From: Octopus vulgaris
Taxonomy: Eukaryota
Assembly: GCA_951406725.2 (NCBI GenBank)
Contig: OX597820.1
Span: forward strand, 128,154,001-128,218,000
Reading direction: 5' to 3'
Length of the DNA stretch: 64,000 nt
The notes under the pieces: model-generated
Database searches by the model: none
What the model was told of the DNA's origin: nothing
The model's input: the letters and a program-made list of their open reading frames with translations, nothing else
Part shown: positions 13,794-24,985 of the stretch, in pieces
How the letters are laid out: each line of letters starts with the position of its first letter
How positions within the stretch are numbered: the stretch's first letter is position 1
Program-made: the position numbers and the translations under genes

Positions 13794-14228
13794 CTTTTCT
13801 TGACTTCTGTCTGAAATTTTTTCTTCCTTTTCTTCCATTGTTTCCTACTGCCGTCTTCCTCTTATTTTTCTTAGTTTATTCTTCAGTCAATATAATTTTT
13901 ATTTGATGTCTGAAAAAAACCTTAGAACACCACAAAACGAAAAGAAAAACATTCACTCAATAGAAACATACCATTGTATTTCTTCAACATTTACAAGATG
14001 GTAAGGCGTATGTTGAAGACATATCGACGCTAATACAGGGGGAGTAATATGCAAGAAACAGCTACAAGATTTGCGGGTGAAAATGTACAGTAATAGTTTT
14101 CTCTTGCCTTCTCTAAATAAACTATACAACTTATATACATGTGTATGTGTGTGTTTATGTGTATGAATGTGTATGCATGTGTATGCAAATATATGTATAT
14201 ATGTATGTGTATGTGTGTATATATAGGT

Positions 14229-14618
14229 GTAGGAGTGGCTGTGTGGTAAGTAGGAATTACAAAGTTGTCCACGTTGGAAATCGGGTTCAGATAAGTGTCT
14301 TCTACTATAGCCTCGGGCCGACCAAAGCTTTGTGAGTGGATTTGGTAGGCGGAAACTGAAAGAAGCCCGCTGCATATATGTATATATATATATGTATGTG
14401 TGTGAATATGTGTGTATGCATTTGTCCCCCCAACATTGCTTGATAACCGATGCTGGTTCGTTTGCGTACCCCTATCTTAGCGGTTCGGCAAAAGAGAGTG
14501 ATAGAATAAGTACTAGGCTTACAAAGAATAAGTCCTGGAGTCGATTTGCTCGACTAAAGGCAGTGCTCCAGTATGACCACAGTCAAATGCCTGAAACAAG
14601 TAAAAGAGTAAAAGAGTA
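14229..14618 (+). mobile_element. SINE family A (tRNA head, internal microsatellite, LINE-like tail)
   Basis: gtaggagtggctgtgtggtaag head, aagtgtcttctactatagcctcgggccgacc body, gaaacaagtaaaagagtaaaagagta tail. Confidence 0.85.
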
Positions 14619-15121
14619 TATATACGTATATACGTGTGTGTGTGTGTATGTATGTATGTATGTATGTATGTATGTATGTATGTATGTATGTATGTATGTA
14701 TGTATGTATGTATTGGTATTATCTATTCACAATTACATATGTTTCATTTTCTAATAGGAATTACAAAGTTGTCCACGTTGGAAATATATATCAGAAGTTC
14801 GTATAAGAAATTCATTAGATTGATAATCAAATAATATTATTTGATACAAAAAATTTTCCAACTTCCTGTTTTGCTAAAAAAAAAAATAGCTCAGCAAGCG
14901 ATGTTTCCCGAATTTTCAGCTCCAATCTGTAGCTCACATCTCTACCACAACGACTGCAAATGCATACTGGATTGTAATACCGGAATAAGCAGATGTAATT
15001 CAAGAGGACACAGCTTGGCTTTTACTCTATTATATTAGACACATACACACACACACACACGCACACACTAGACACATACACACACACACACACGCACAGA
15101 CAAAGATGTATGTATATATAT

Positions 15122-15403
15122 CACGTGATCAAGTGACCGACCAGGCTATGAGATGTTGTTACACATCGCTGGTCACAATGCGCTTCGCATTGATTTAGCC
15201 TTCAAATGACGCCACCCCGCTGGCTAAGCGAACAGGCCAACAGAAGAAAGAGTGAGAGAAAGTTGTGGCGAAAGAGTACAGCAGAGATCACCACCCCCTG
15301 CCGGAGCCTCGTGGAGCTATTTAGGTGTTTTCGCTCAATAAACACTCACAACGCCCGGCCTGGGAATCGAAACCGCGAGTCCGCTGCCCTAACCACCTCC
15401 ACA
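15122..15403 (-). mobile_element. tRNA-derived SINE (family C-related)
   Basis: Reverse B-box gggaatcgaaacc; gagtgagagaaagttgtggcgaaagagt is shared with 40640-40944. Confidence 0.75.
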
Positions 15404-15404
15404 C

Positions 15405-15440
<36 letters not shown>

Positions 15441-15943
15441 AATAATAAATCTCTGAGCGAGATATAAACAGTAACCGCTCGACAACGTAAGGTGTATTAA
15501 CCATCTGAATGTGGCTAGCCACTGGGGGTGGGGTGTTACTGATGCTTTTAGCCCCAGGCGATCAACGTCACCAGCAAGGAGGTCACTTTAGACACTATCT
15601 CAAGTAATTGCCCTCAACGCATGTGTCTTTATTTGCAAATAAATATATAACGGGAGGTCTGATTTAGAAAAACTGTCTGAAAACAATAATAAATCCTCGA
15701 GATATAAACAGTACTTACATACGGACTATAGTTTCTTGAAAGGTAAGTCCGTATGTTGCCTCTCGTCATGACTCCCATGGTAAGCACCGGTCTTCGATGA
15801 AGGAGTCACCTTGCAAATAAATATATAACGTGGCTTTTCAGACAGCAACCACTGTCACTGATTTAGAAAAACTGTCTGAAAACAATAATAAATCTCTGAA
15901 CGAGATTTTTTTATAACTCCTTCATCAGTAGACCGGTGCTTAC

Positions 15944-15988
15944 CATGCGTTGACGAGAGGCAATTACCTTGAAACTATAGTCCGTATG
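15944..15988 (+). ncRNA. Minimal type I hammerhead ribozyme, copy 1
   Basis: Stem I catgcg/cgtatg, core TTGACGA, stem II gagg-caatta-cctt, GAAA, palindromic actatagt, GUC site (predicted cleavage after 15982). Confidence 0.8.
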
Positions 15989-16299
15989 TAGTACTCAGGT
16001 CTTCGAGGGAGGATGACCTCCCTTTGCAAATAACACAAGGGCACTGAGATAGTGTCTACAGTCCTTCTGTTGACGTTGATCGCCTGGGGCTAAAAGCATC
16101 AGTAACACCCCACCCCCAGTGGCTAGCCACATTCAGATGGTTAATACACCTTACGTTGTCGAGCGGTTACTGTTTATATCTCGTTGAGAGATTTATTATT
16201 GTTTTCAGACAGTTTTTCTAAATCAGTAACAGTGGCTGCTGTGAAAAACGTTATATATTTTTTTGCAAAGGGACTCCTTCATCGAAGACCGGTGCTTAC

Positions 16300-16344
16300 C
16301 ATGCGTTGACGAGAGGCAATTACCTTGAAACTATAGTCCGTATG
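16300..16344 (+). ncRNA. Minimal type I hammerhead ribozyme, copy 2
   Basis: Identical to copy 1; predicted cleavage after 16338. Confidence 0.8.
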
Positions 16345-16656
16345 TAGTACTCAGGTCTTCGAGGGAGGATGACCTCCCTTTGCAAATAACACAAGGGCAC
16401 TGAGATAGTGTCTACAGTCCTTCTGTTGACGTTGATCGCCTGGGGCTAAAAGCATCAGTAACACCCCACCCCCCAGTGGCTAGCCACATTCAGATGGTTA
16501 ATACACCTTACGTTGTCGAGCGGTTACTGTTTATATCTCGTTCAGAGATTTATTATTGTTTTCAGACAGTTTTTCTAAATCAGTAACAGTGGCTGCTGTG
16601 AAAAACGTTATATATTTTTTTGCAAGGGGACTCCTTCATCGAAGACCGGTGCTTAC

Positions 16657-16701
16657 CATGCGTTGACGAGAGGCAATTACCTTGAAACTATAGTCCGTAT
16701 G
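16657..16701 (+). ncRNA. Minimal type I hammerhead ribozyme, copy 3
   Basis: Identical to copy 1; predicted cleavage after 16695. Confidence 0.8.
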
Positions 16702-16914
16702 TAATACTCAGGTCTTCGAGGGAGGATGACCTCCCTTTGCAAATAACACAAGGGCACTGAGATAGTGTCTAAAGTCCTTCTGGTGACGTTGATCACCTGG
16801 GGCTAAAAGCATCAGTAACACCCCACTCCCCAGTGGCTAGCCACATTCAGATGGTTAATACACCTTACGTTGTCGAACGGTTACTGTTTATATCTCGCTC
16901 AGAGATTTATTATT

Positions 16915-16954
<40 letters not shown>

Positions 16955-18852
16955 GTGTGGAGGTGGTTAGGGCAGCGGACTCGCGGTTTCGATTCCCAGG
17001 CCGAGCGTTGTGGGTGTTTATTGAGCGAAAACACCTAAATAGCTCCACGAGGCTCCGGCAGTAAAACTCATTTTTTACAAGTTTTATCTTTAGAGATAAA
17101 GAATAAAGGACACTTTCATCTTTATCGAAATACATTTGCTGGTCCAAAGAATGCAACGCAGATTACACATTCAAGAAGAAAATTAGTGGAAAAAGCAGGC
17201 AGCGCATTAATGAAATCCAAAAATGTGGTTCATGTTCTGCAGAATTAGCTACTATACTACACTTAACAAAATCCACTTACGGCTAGAGTGTTTTGAACCT
17301 TGCATACATTTCTTCAAAGTTTTGTTGTAATTCTGACATTTTACTTATCCTTCTTACTAACCATTTATCTTGAGCCTTCCTTTCCAGGTCTTATGAATTT
17401 AACTCACTCCAAGACCATTATTTAAGTTGTTGCTTTTTTTTAATTTTTAAATAGTTTGGCATCATTTATATATCGCAATGAACTTTGGTTAAGAGAAGTC
17501 TCCATCCAACCTTTTTATGATCATTTACGACCTTTAATTCTTTGAGCTGCCTGAAAACATAGTTCTCACAAAATATTTTTTCATTGTTTAAATAGAATAT
17601 ATCTCCCTTACGCCCAAATATAGTTAGATGTAAAATGTTATACCACATGCCATGGAAACTACTGCTTTAGAGAAATCCAGGATTTATATATCAGGCAAGT
17701 TGCATATGTCAAAGAGAAAGAACTCTCAAATACAGTTAGTATGATGTTATTTTGCGATTTGAAGATTGATTTTCTGTTCGGAGCTGTGAGGAGCAAGAGT
17801 AAATAAACATGTTTTTTCGTGATGGGGAATATTCGCTGCTTGACGTAATAGAGCTGATACATCTGCAAAACTTTATTTCTATAAAGGTACGTATATGTGT
17901 GTGTGGATGTCTGTAAATAACGTTCATAGACGTCAATATGGGTGTAGTTCGAAATGTAAGCTAATATAAAATGCATGTTTCAGGGAAAACGAAGTTGTGT
18001 GAGGAATTACGACTTTGTGTGAATGGTTGTATGAGTGTATGGCTTGTAGTATGTGAATATGTCATTTATCCTATTTGTTTATATATGTGAGTGTAAGTGT
18101 ATGATCATATTAATACGTGTATGCTGAGTGTGTAAGTGTATCTGTGCATACGAATGATTGTTTCTAAGGTATTTATATATGTGAAATATTCCGAACGTGA
18201 TTGTGTGATTGTGTAATTGTTGTGATTTATCCTGGTAATACATGTATGAATATCATGTTAATGTCCGTGTGTTCTTGTGTGGTTGTGTGCATGTGGTTTT
18301 ATCGTGTCCTGTGGTGGGTATGAGTGTGTGTAATATGTATAGTTGGCGTTGTTTCTTCCGCATTAATTTGTAGTTTGGGTGGGGTGAGTGTATGAATTAT
18401 TTGATATGTTGTGAGCATGAATCTGTATGCGCGTATAGAATTGTGTGCCTGCAACGTGTTTACTGTATCCATTCGTCAAATAGCTTCGTGTGTACAGATG
18501 TATATGACTTTGGATATTCAGTGGATAGAAGCATATTTATGCATTTACGTATTTGAAGAAACAAACTGCTGCGCATAAACTCATACTTCCGAGCGAATGT
18601 CTAATTGGGATGCTCACTCACCTGGTGAAAACTAAACGTACATACACATTTACGCATCTGATGAAAGACCTCTGCAAACGTCATTTATTAAACCATTCTC
18701 GCCGAAACTTTTAAAACGGAAGGAACCAAACCACAGGACTGATTATTAATTAATACATTTCACCCTATTCAACCCCTATAATGATTACACATTTACATTA
18801 TGGTCTTCCACGTCAGCAACACACACATACACATACATATACATATGTGCCC

Positions 18853-18938
<86 letters not shown>

Positions 18939-19156
18939 ACATATATATATATATATATATATAGGCAGCGGATATATTCTCAGACCGGGCGTTGTGTGTG
19001 TTTATGAGCAAAACATAAAAGCTCTACGAGGCTCCGGCAGGGGGTGGTGATCCCTGCTGTACTCTTTCACCACAATGGCGGTGCCCCAGCATGGCCACAG
19101 CTCAAGAGCTGAAACTGGAAAAACAAAAACAAAAAAAATATATATATACGTTTATA

Positions 19157-19576
19157 TACTCTTTTTCACTCTTTACTCTTTTACTTGTTTCAGTCATTTG
19201 ACTGCGGCCATGCTGGAGCACCGCCTTTAGTCGAGCAAATCAACCCCGGGACTTATTCTTTGTAAGCCCAGTACTTATTCTATCAGTCTCTTTTGCCGAA
19301 CCGCTAAGTGACGGGGACGTAAACACGCCAGCATCGGTTGTCAAGCAATGCTAGGGGGACAGACACACAAACACACACACATACAAATACACATATATAT
19401 ATATACATATATACGACAGGCTTCTTTCAGTTTCCGCCTACCAAATCCACTCACAAGGCATTGGTCGGCCCGGGGCTATAGCAGAAAACACATGCTCAAG
19501 ATGCCACGCAGTGGGACTGAACCCGGAACCATGTGGTTTGTTAGCAAGCTACTTACCACACAGCCACTCCTGCGCC

Positions 19577-19577
<1 letters not shown>
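19157..19577 (-). mobile_element. SINE family A, full length
   Basis: Tail tttcagtcatttgactgcggccatgctggagcaccgcc; head gggactgaacccggaacc...accacacagccactcctgcgcct. Confidence 0.9.
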
Positions 19578-19615
<38 letters not shown>

Positions 19616-19643
19616 GCATATACATATATATATATACATGTAT

Positions 19644-19734
<91 letters not shown>

Positions 19735-20819
19735 AACGACTGTTTTCGACATTTCGTTTAAACTTTCAGCTGTACTTAGTACTGATACAACAGATTAAAA
19801 CATTACAAGGACAAAATATATTCGGAAGAATATATGAGATTATGTCCAACCTTTCTTTTGTTCTGGAATTGGTAATTATCTCTTTTGTGGGCATATTCAA
19901 ACGGTAAATATAATTATATCTTTGTATAAATAAAAGGAATAAATTTTTCACGTTTGTTTTGCCTCCGAAGTCTTTGTTTTCTGGTAGTGATTTGCGTAAT
20001 CCAAGTTTTATTAGTGTCCGTTGTGAAAAATCCGATAATAAATCTTTTCTGTGCAAACTATATCTCTTATGTTTTGTTAACATCAGGACAATCTCTTTCG
20101 AGTTTTCAATGAGTTTCATCAACGAGAATTAGTGATTAATGTAAGTTTAGAATCATCAAAGAATATGAAGTGTCACGAGTTTTGGTTGAACCTAATCTAT
20201 GGGATACAATGATTATATTAATAGTTTACGCTAGTTTATCGTACATACACTTATATATAGAAATGTAAACATATATACAAGAAATCATTACCAATGATAA
20301 AGCATATGTGTCGGGGATGAAACTAGAATAAAATTAATTGTAAGATGTGTATACTGATTGCTATGCCCAGATGTACAGAAAAAGTAAATATATTTGTTTT
20401 CCCAAACAAATCGCTCTTCATATTTGTGATTCCAATGAAACCATAAGGTGTTATTCAGACACTCAAGTACGAGTTCACCGCATCTTATAGCGGAAACACC
20501 TGTAAGCTAATGAAGTTCATAAGATAATCGCTTATTCCTTTGTCATCTCTTTTTTGTAACATATATACGCATGTATGTATGTATGCATGTATGTATATAT
20601 GCATGTATGTATGTATATGTATATATATATATATATACACATATATATATATATATATATATTTAAAAAATATTTTGATAAGCATAACAAATGCGCAACC
20701 GGTAAAAAGAACTTTCACCTAATTAAATTACTTAAATTACTTCAATTATTTGTCAGCATTTTCTTCATTTCCTTTTTTTTATATATATATATATATATAT
20801 ACATATATACATATGTATG

Positions 20820-20871
<52 letters not shown>

Positions 20872-20884
20872 CATACATACATAC

Positions 20885-20927
<43 letters not shown>

Positions 20928-20928
20928 C

Positions 20929-21296
<368 letters not shown>

Positions 21297-21875
21297 TAGA
21301 TATACAAAGAGCTTCCTCCAGTTTCTGCAAAATCCACTCACAAGACTTTTGGTCGATCCGGAGCTATAGTAGAAGACAATTGCTCCAGATATGAATTAAA
21401 AATATATCAATGTACATGTACTCTATATACTTACAAGTAACAAATCAGAATAAAAGAACTAGGTTTTGTAGAAAAGGTAATCGTTAGAACTTTTGTCCAA
21501 GATCGGTAAATGGCTATAGAAAACAATACTATAAAAGAAAATGTTTTTTTGTTTTTTTTCAAAATTCGAGCTCAGAAAACAGGCATCAGTTCCTTACTAT
21601 CAGCAGTACTTTTGCGTGTGCAATGAGAAAATTCACTTCTTTCACATAAAAACTTATACAACATTGCCTTGTTACTGTTGTTGTTCCAAATTATTATTCT
21701 GTTCAAAAGTTCTTGCGCCTGTGCAATGAATAATTTCTGTAACATAGAATCGGATTTGAAATTCATATAAACTTTGCCTGCAAATAACAAGACAGTATAG
21801 CACATTAACTGCAATTAAACCAAGCCATGCTTTTTGAAACGTAGCATCCTATTATTCTCTAATTTTCGGAACATC

Positions 21876-22258
21876 TCTTTTATTCTTTTATTCTTTTACT
21901 TGTTTCAGTCATTTGACTGTGGCCATGCTGGAGCACCGCCTTTAGTCGAGCAAATCGACCCCAGGACATATTATTTGGGAGCTTAGTACTTATTCTATAG
22001 GTCTCTTTTTCCGAACCGCTAAGTTACAGGGACGTAAGCACACCAGCATCGGTTGTCAAGCAACGTTGGGGGGACAAACACAGACACACAAACATATACA
22101 CACACATTCAGTTTCCGTTTACCAAATCCACTCACAAGGCTTTGGTCGACCCGAGGCTATAGTAGACAACACTTGCCCAAGGTGTTACGCAGTTGGACTG
22201 AACCCGGAACCATGTGGTTCGTAAGCAAGCTACTTACCACACAGCCACCCCTACGCAT
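21876..22258 (-). mobile_element. SINE family A
   Basis: Colinear with 19157-19577. Confidence 0.9.
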
Positions 22259-22552
22259 CTGTTCATAGTTAACTAAAGTTGTCCCTTTCCACGTCCAAAT
22301 ACGAGAATTTATTACCATATGCCCATTCAGAGTTATCCAATTTGTATAGCAATTAATTCTCGCTGATTATTTTTTGCTTGACGGTGTATGCAATGAAACC
22401 GGAAGGAGATCTTTCAGTATTGCTCCAGAGAATATTATAGCTCCGTTACAGCTCCATTATAATCTGTGCTAACAATGGAATGAATGGTATAGAAACTGCA
22501 AAACTGAGGCAAATGTAGTGTTCCTATTCTTTCCCGTTAAGCTGCCTTCATT

Positions 22553-22746
22553 ACCAGCGTAAAGCTAACCCAGTAAAGCACACCAGCGTAAAGCTAACCC
22601 AGTAAAGCACACCAGCGTAAAGCTAACCCAGTAAAGCACACCAGCGTAAAGCTAACCCAGTAAAGCACACCAGCGTAAAGCTAACCCAGTAAAGCATACC
22701 AGCGTAAAGCTAACCCAGTAAAGCATACCAGCGTAAAGCTAACCCA
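22553..22746. repeat. 29-bp minisatellite, ~6.7 copies
   Basis: Unit accagcgtaaagctaacccagtaaagca(c/t). Confidence 0.95.
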
Positions 22747-24689
22747 TACATTCATCAAAGGTCAGATTGAGACTTACTAAGAAATCTAAGATTTTTTATC
22801 AGTACTTTCTTTCCCTGTTGTTCTGGAAAATTCATAAAAACGCAATAAGGCTTTCTGTATTGAGAAACCAGTATCTTCCCTCTTCACATATCCGTTTTCT
22901 GACATAACTATCAGGGGTTCCATCGACAACAATAGCAAAATACTTTGCAGGTTTTATATCTTCAATAATGCTGTTTTGCATTATTGAAGATTTCAAAGAA
23001 CTTATATTGTATATTATTCAGTAGGTAGTATATTTTAGGCCTTGTTTCATTCTCCTGTGCTTTCCATTTACGTGTAATATGTTCGAATAATAATGAATCA
23101 TATTTGCTCAATGTTCCGCAATGCAAAAAAAAATCTATAATGACTAGCACCAATTTGTCAAAAAGAACCATAGAAAGCGAGCGCCCTCTCCTACAAAAAT
23201 AAGATAACATCAAGAATATTATGAATAATTTTCTTTCATTTTTAGCTTTAAGCCTTGATCTGGTCATAAATATAATTTATGTTGAAGCACTGCTCTTTTC
23301 TGCCTTCTTTCTTTGCCATTTCTTTCCAAACAATGTAATTTTCCTAGTACAAGTGAGAATTTTCATGACTTGGAATGCGATCCTTTAATTTTTTCCACTC
23401 GTTATCAATACTTCATTCTCAATGATCCGTTAATGCATTCATATTAGACATCATTGACAAACGAACAAAAAAACAAGATGCACAGAATAGTGATGCCTCA
23501 CTTGACTCAAACACAGTCAGTCATTTTTAGATTTCTCTCCGTTTTTCAGTATTACCGTAAAATAAAGAGCTGGAAATAAGTCATTATCCTTATCCTTGGG
23601 AACACCAGTTGGTACTTCAAAGGTCTGAACATTTCGCAATGATTCAGAATCAATTCTATTCATGTTATCAATAAATCTGATGTTGATTTCTGATGTGGAT
23701 CCCTTTCAGCCAAGGGCACTTTTTACTATCAACCGTAGTTCTTCTGTTTCTTCTATTAGCTTATAAGTTACTTTATCCGCATTAGCTTCTGTGACTGTTC
23801 TTAGTCCAACAGCCTGGTTATATAGATCATTGTTGTCACACACTAACTTGCATTCATAATGATGTTTGGTCAGAAGTCTGAAGTTCACTTACGCCCTTTA
23901 ACTGCTTCTTCTTGCAGTTTGCTATGCCTTTTTCGTTATCCCTCAAAATTAATCCAAAATGGAAAAAAAAAAGATCCAAGCAAGAAGAATCGATGTGTGT
24001 CACATCGTTTTCCTTTACTTTTTTAACATCGATTAACGATAAAGCATTATTACCAGTATGAGGTAGCAAAATTATTGACCTAAGTTTTTCAGAAACGTTA
24101 AAGTTCCATTATATTTAACATAACATAAAATGCATTAACGTAAAAAAGTATTTATTAACATTTAACAAATAAACAAAAGCAACAAAACAACACAAAGACG
24201 TTCCAGCTGTGACGATTATATCAATATATTGCTTAATATACATAAAATTGTTTAATATATATAAAAATATTTCCTTTTATTTTATACAAAAAATATTTTC
24301 TATTATATCTCGTTATTGAAACACAAGTGAATATAAAGAAAAAATATTTTACGTAGCATCATAGAAACAGAAACTAAGTACATTTCGTCGTTTCGATTTC
24401 CGTAATGGTTTTTACATTTCCTCTATTTTCATTCAAACGTGTGAGTAAAATAGCAAATAAGCCCGAATTCTATTTTAAACATATTTTGCAACACAAATAA
24501 AGATTATGTAGAAACAATTTAAAATGTAATATAAAACACAAATGAATTACAATTGAAATTTGTCGGTAACCATGCGTAATAATGCAGAAAATTCTTATGG
24601 ATGGCATTATTACATGGTCAGTCGACCTGCTAGAGATAGCAGCTCAGTTTAAAAAATAAAATAACAATATGTCTATATAAATCTGTTTT

Positions 24690-24985
24690 GGTTTCGGGTT
24701 GAATCCCACTGCATGGCACCTTCGGTGTTTTCTACTACAGCCTCGGGTCGACTAAAGCCTTGTGAAAGAGGTCCGTAGCGTGTGTGTGTGTGTGTGTGTG
24801 TCTGTATTTGTTCCCCCGTCACCGCTTGACAGATGGCGTTGGTGTGTTTACGCCCCCATAATTCAGCGGTTCGGCAAAATAAACCGATAGAATAAATGCT
24901 ATGCTTAAAAAATAAGTCCTGGGGTTGATTTGTTCGACTAAAATCTTACAAGGCCGCAGTCAAATGACTGAGACAAATAACAGAA
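24690..24985 (+). mobile_element. SINE family A (diverged)
   Basis: tctactacagcctcgggtcgactaaagccttgtga...cggttcggcaaaa...ggccgcagtcaaatgactga. Confidence 0.8.

Larger units (their letters stand above)
15916..16918 (+). mobile_element. Tandem array of ~356-357 bp non-coding units (retrozyme-like), ~2.8 copies, plus a scrambled inverted copy at 15437-15906
   Basis: Near-identical units; gaaactatagtc recurs with its final C at 15982, 16338 and 16695; no ORF; the 3' end abuts (TA)n. Confidence 0.85.
15298..17061. repeat. Large inverted repeat (arms ~15298-15602 and ~16758-17061) enclosing the ribozyme array
   Basis: Arms are near-exact reverse complements covering a SINE head, a (TA)n tract and the array end. 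Confidence 0.9.

Noticed and set aside
18657-18682. ctgatgaaagacctctgcaaacgtc as a hammerhead
   Set aside because: GAAA is broken (gcaaa), the stem II loop is too short and there is no convincing stem I.
22553-22746. CRISPR-like 29-bp repeats
   Set aside because: Units are contiguous with no unique spacers, there are no cas genes, and the context is eukaryotic.
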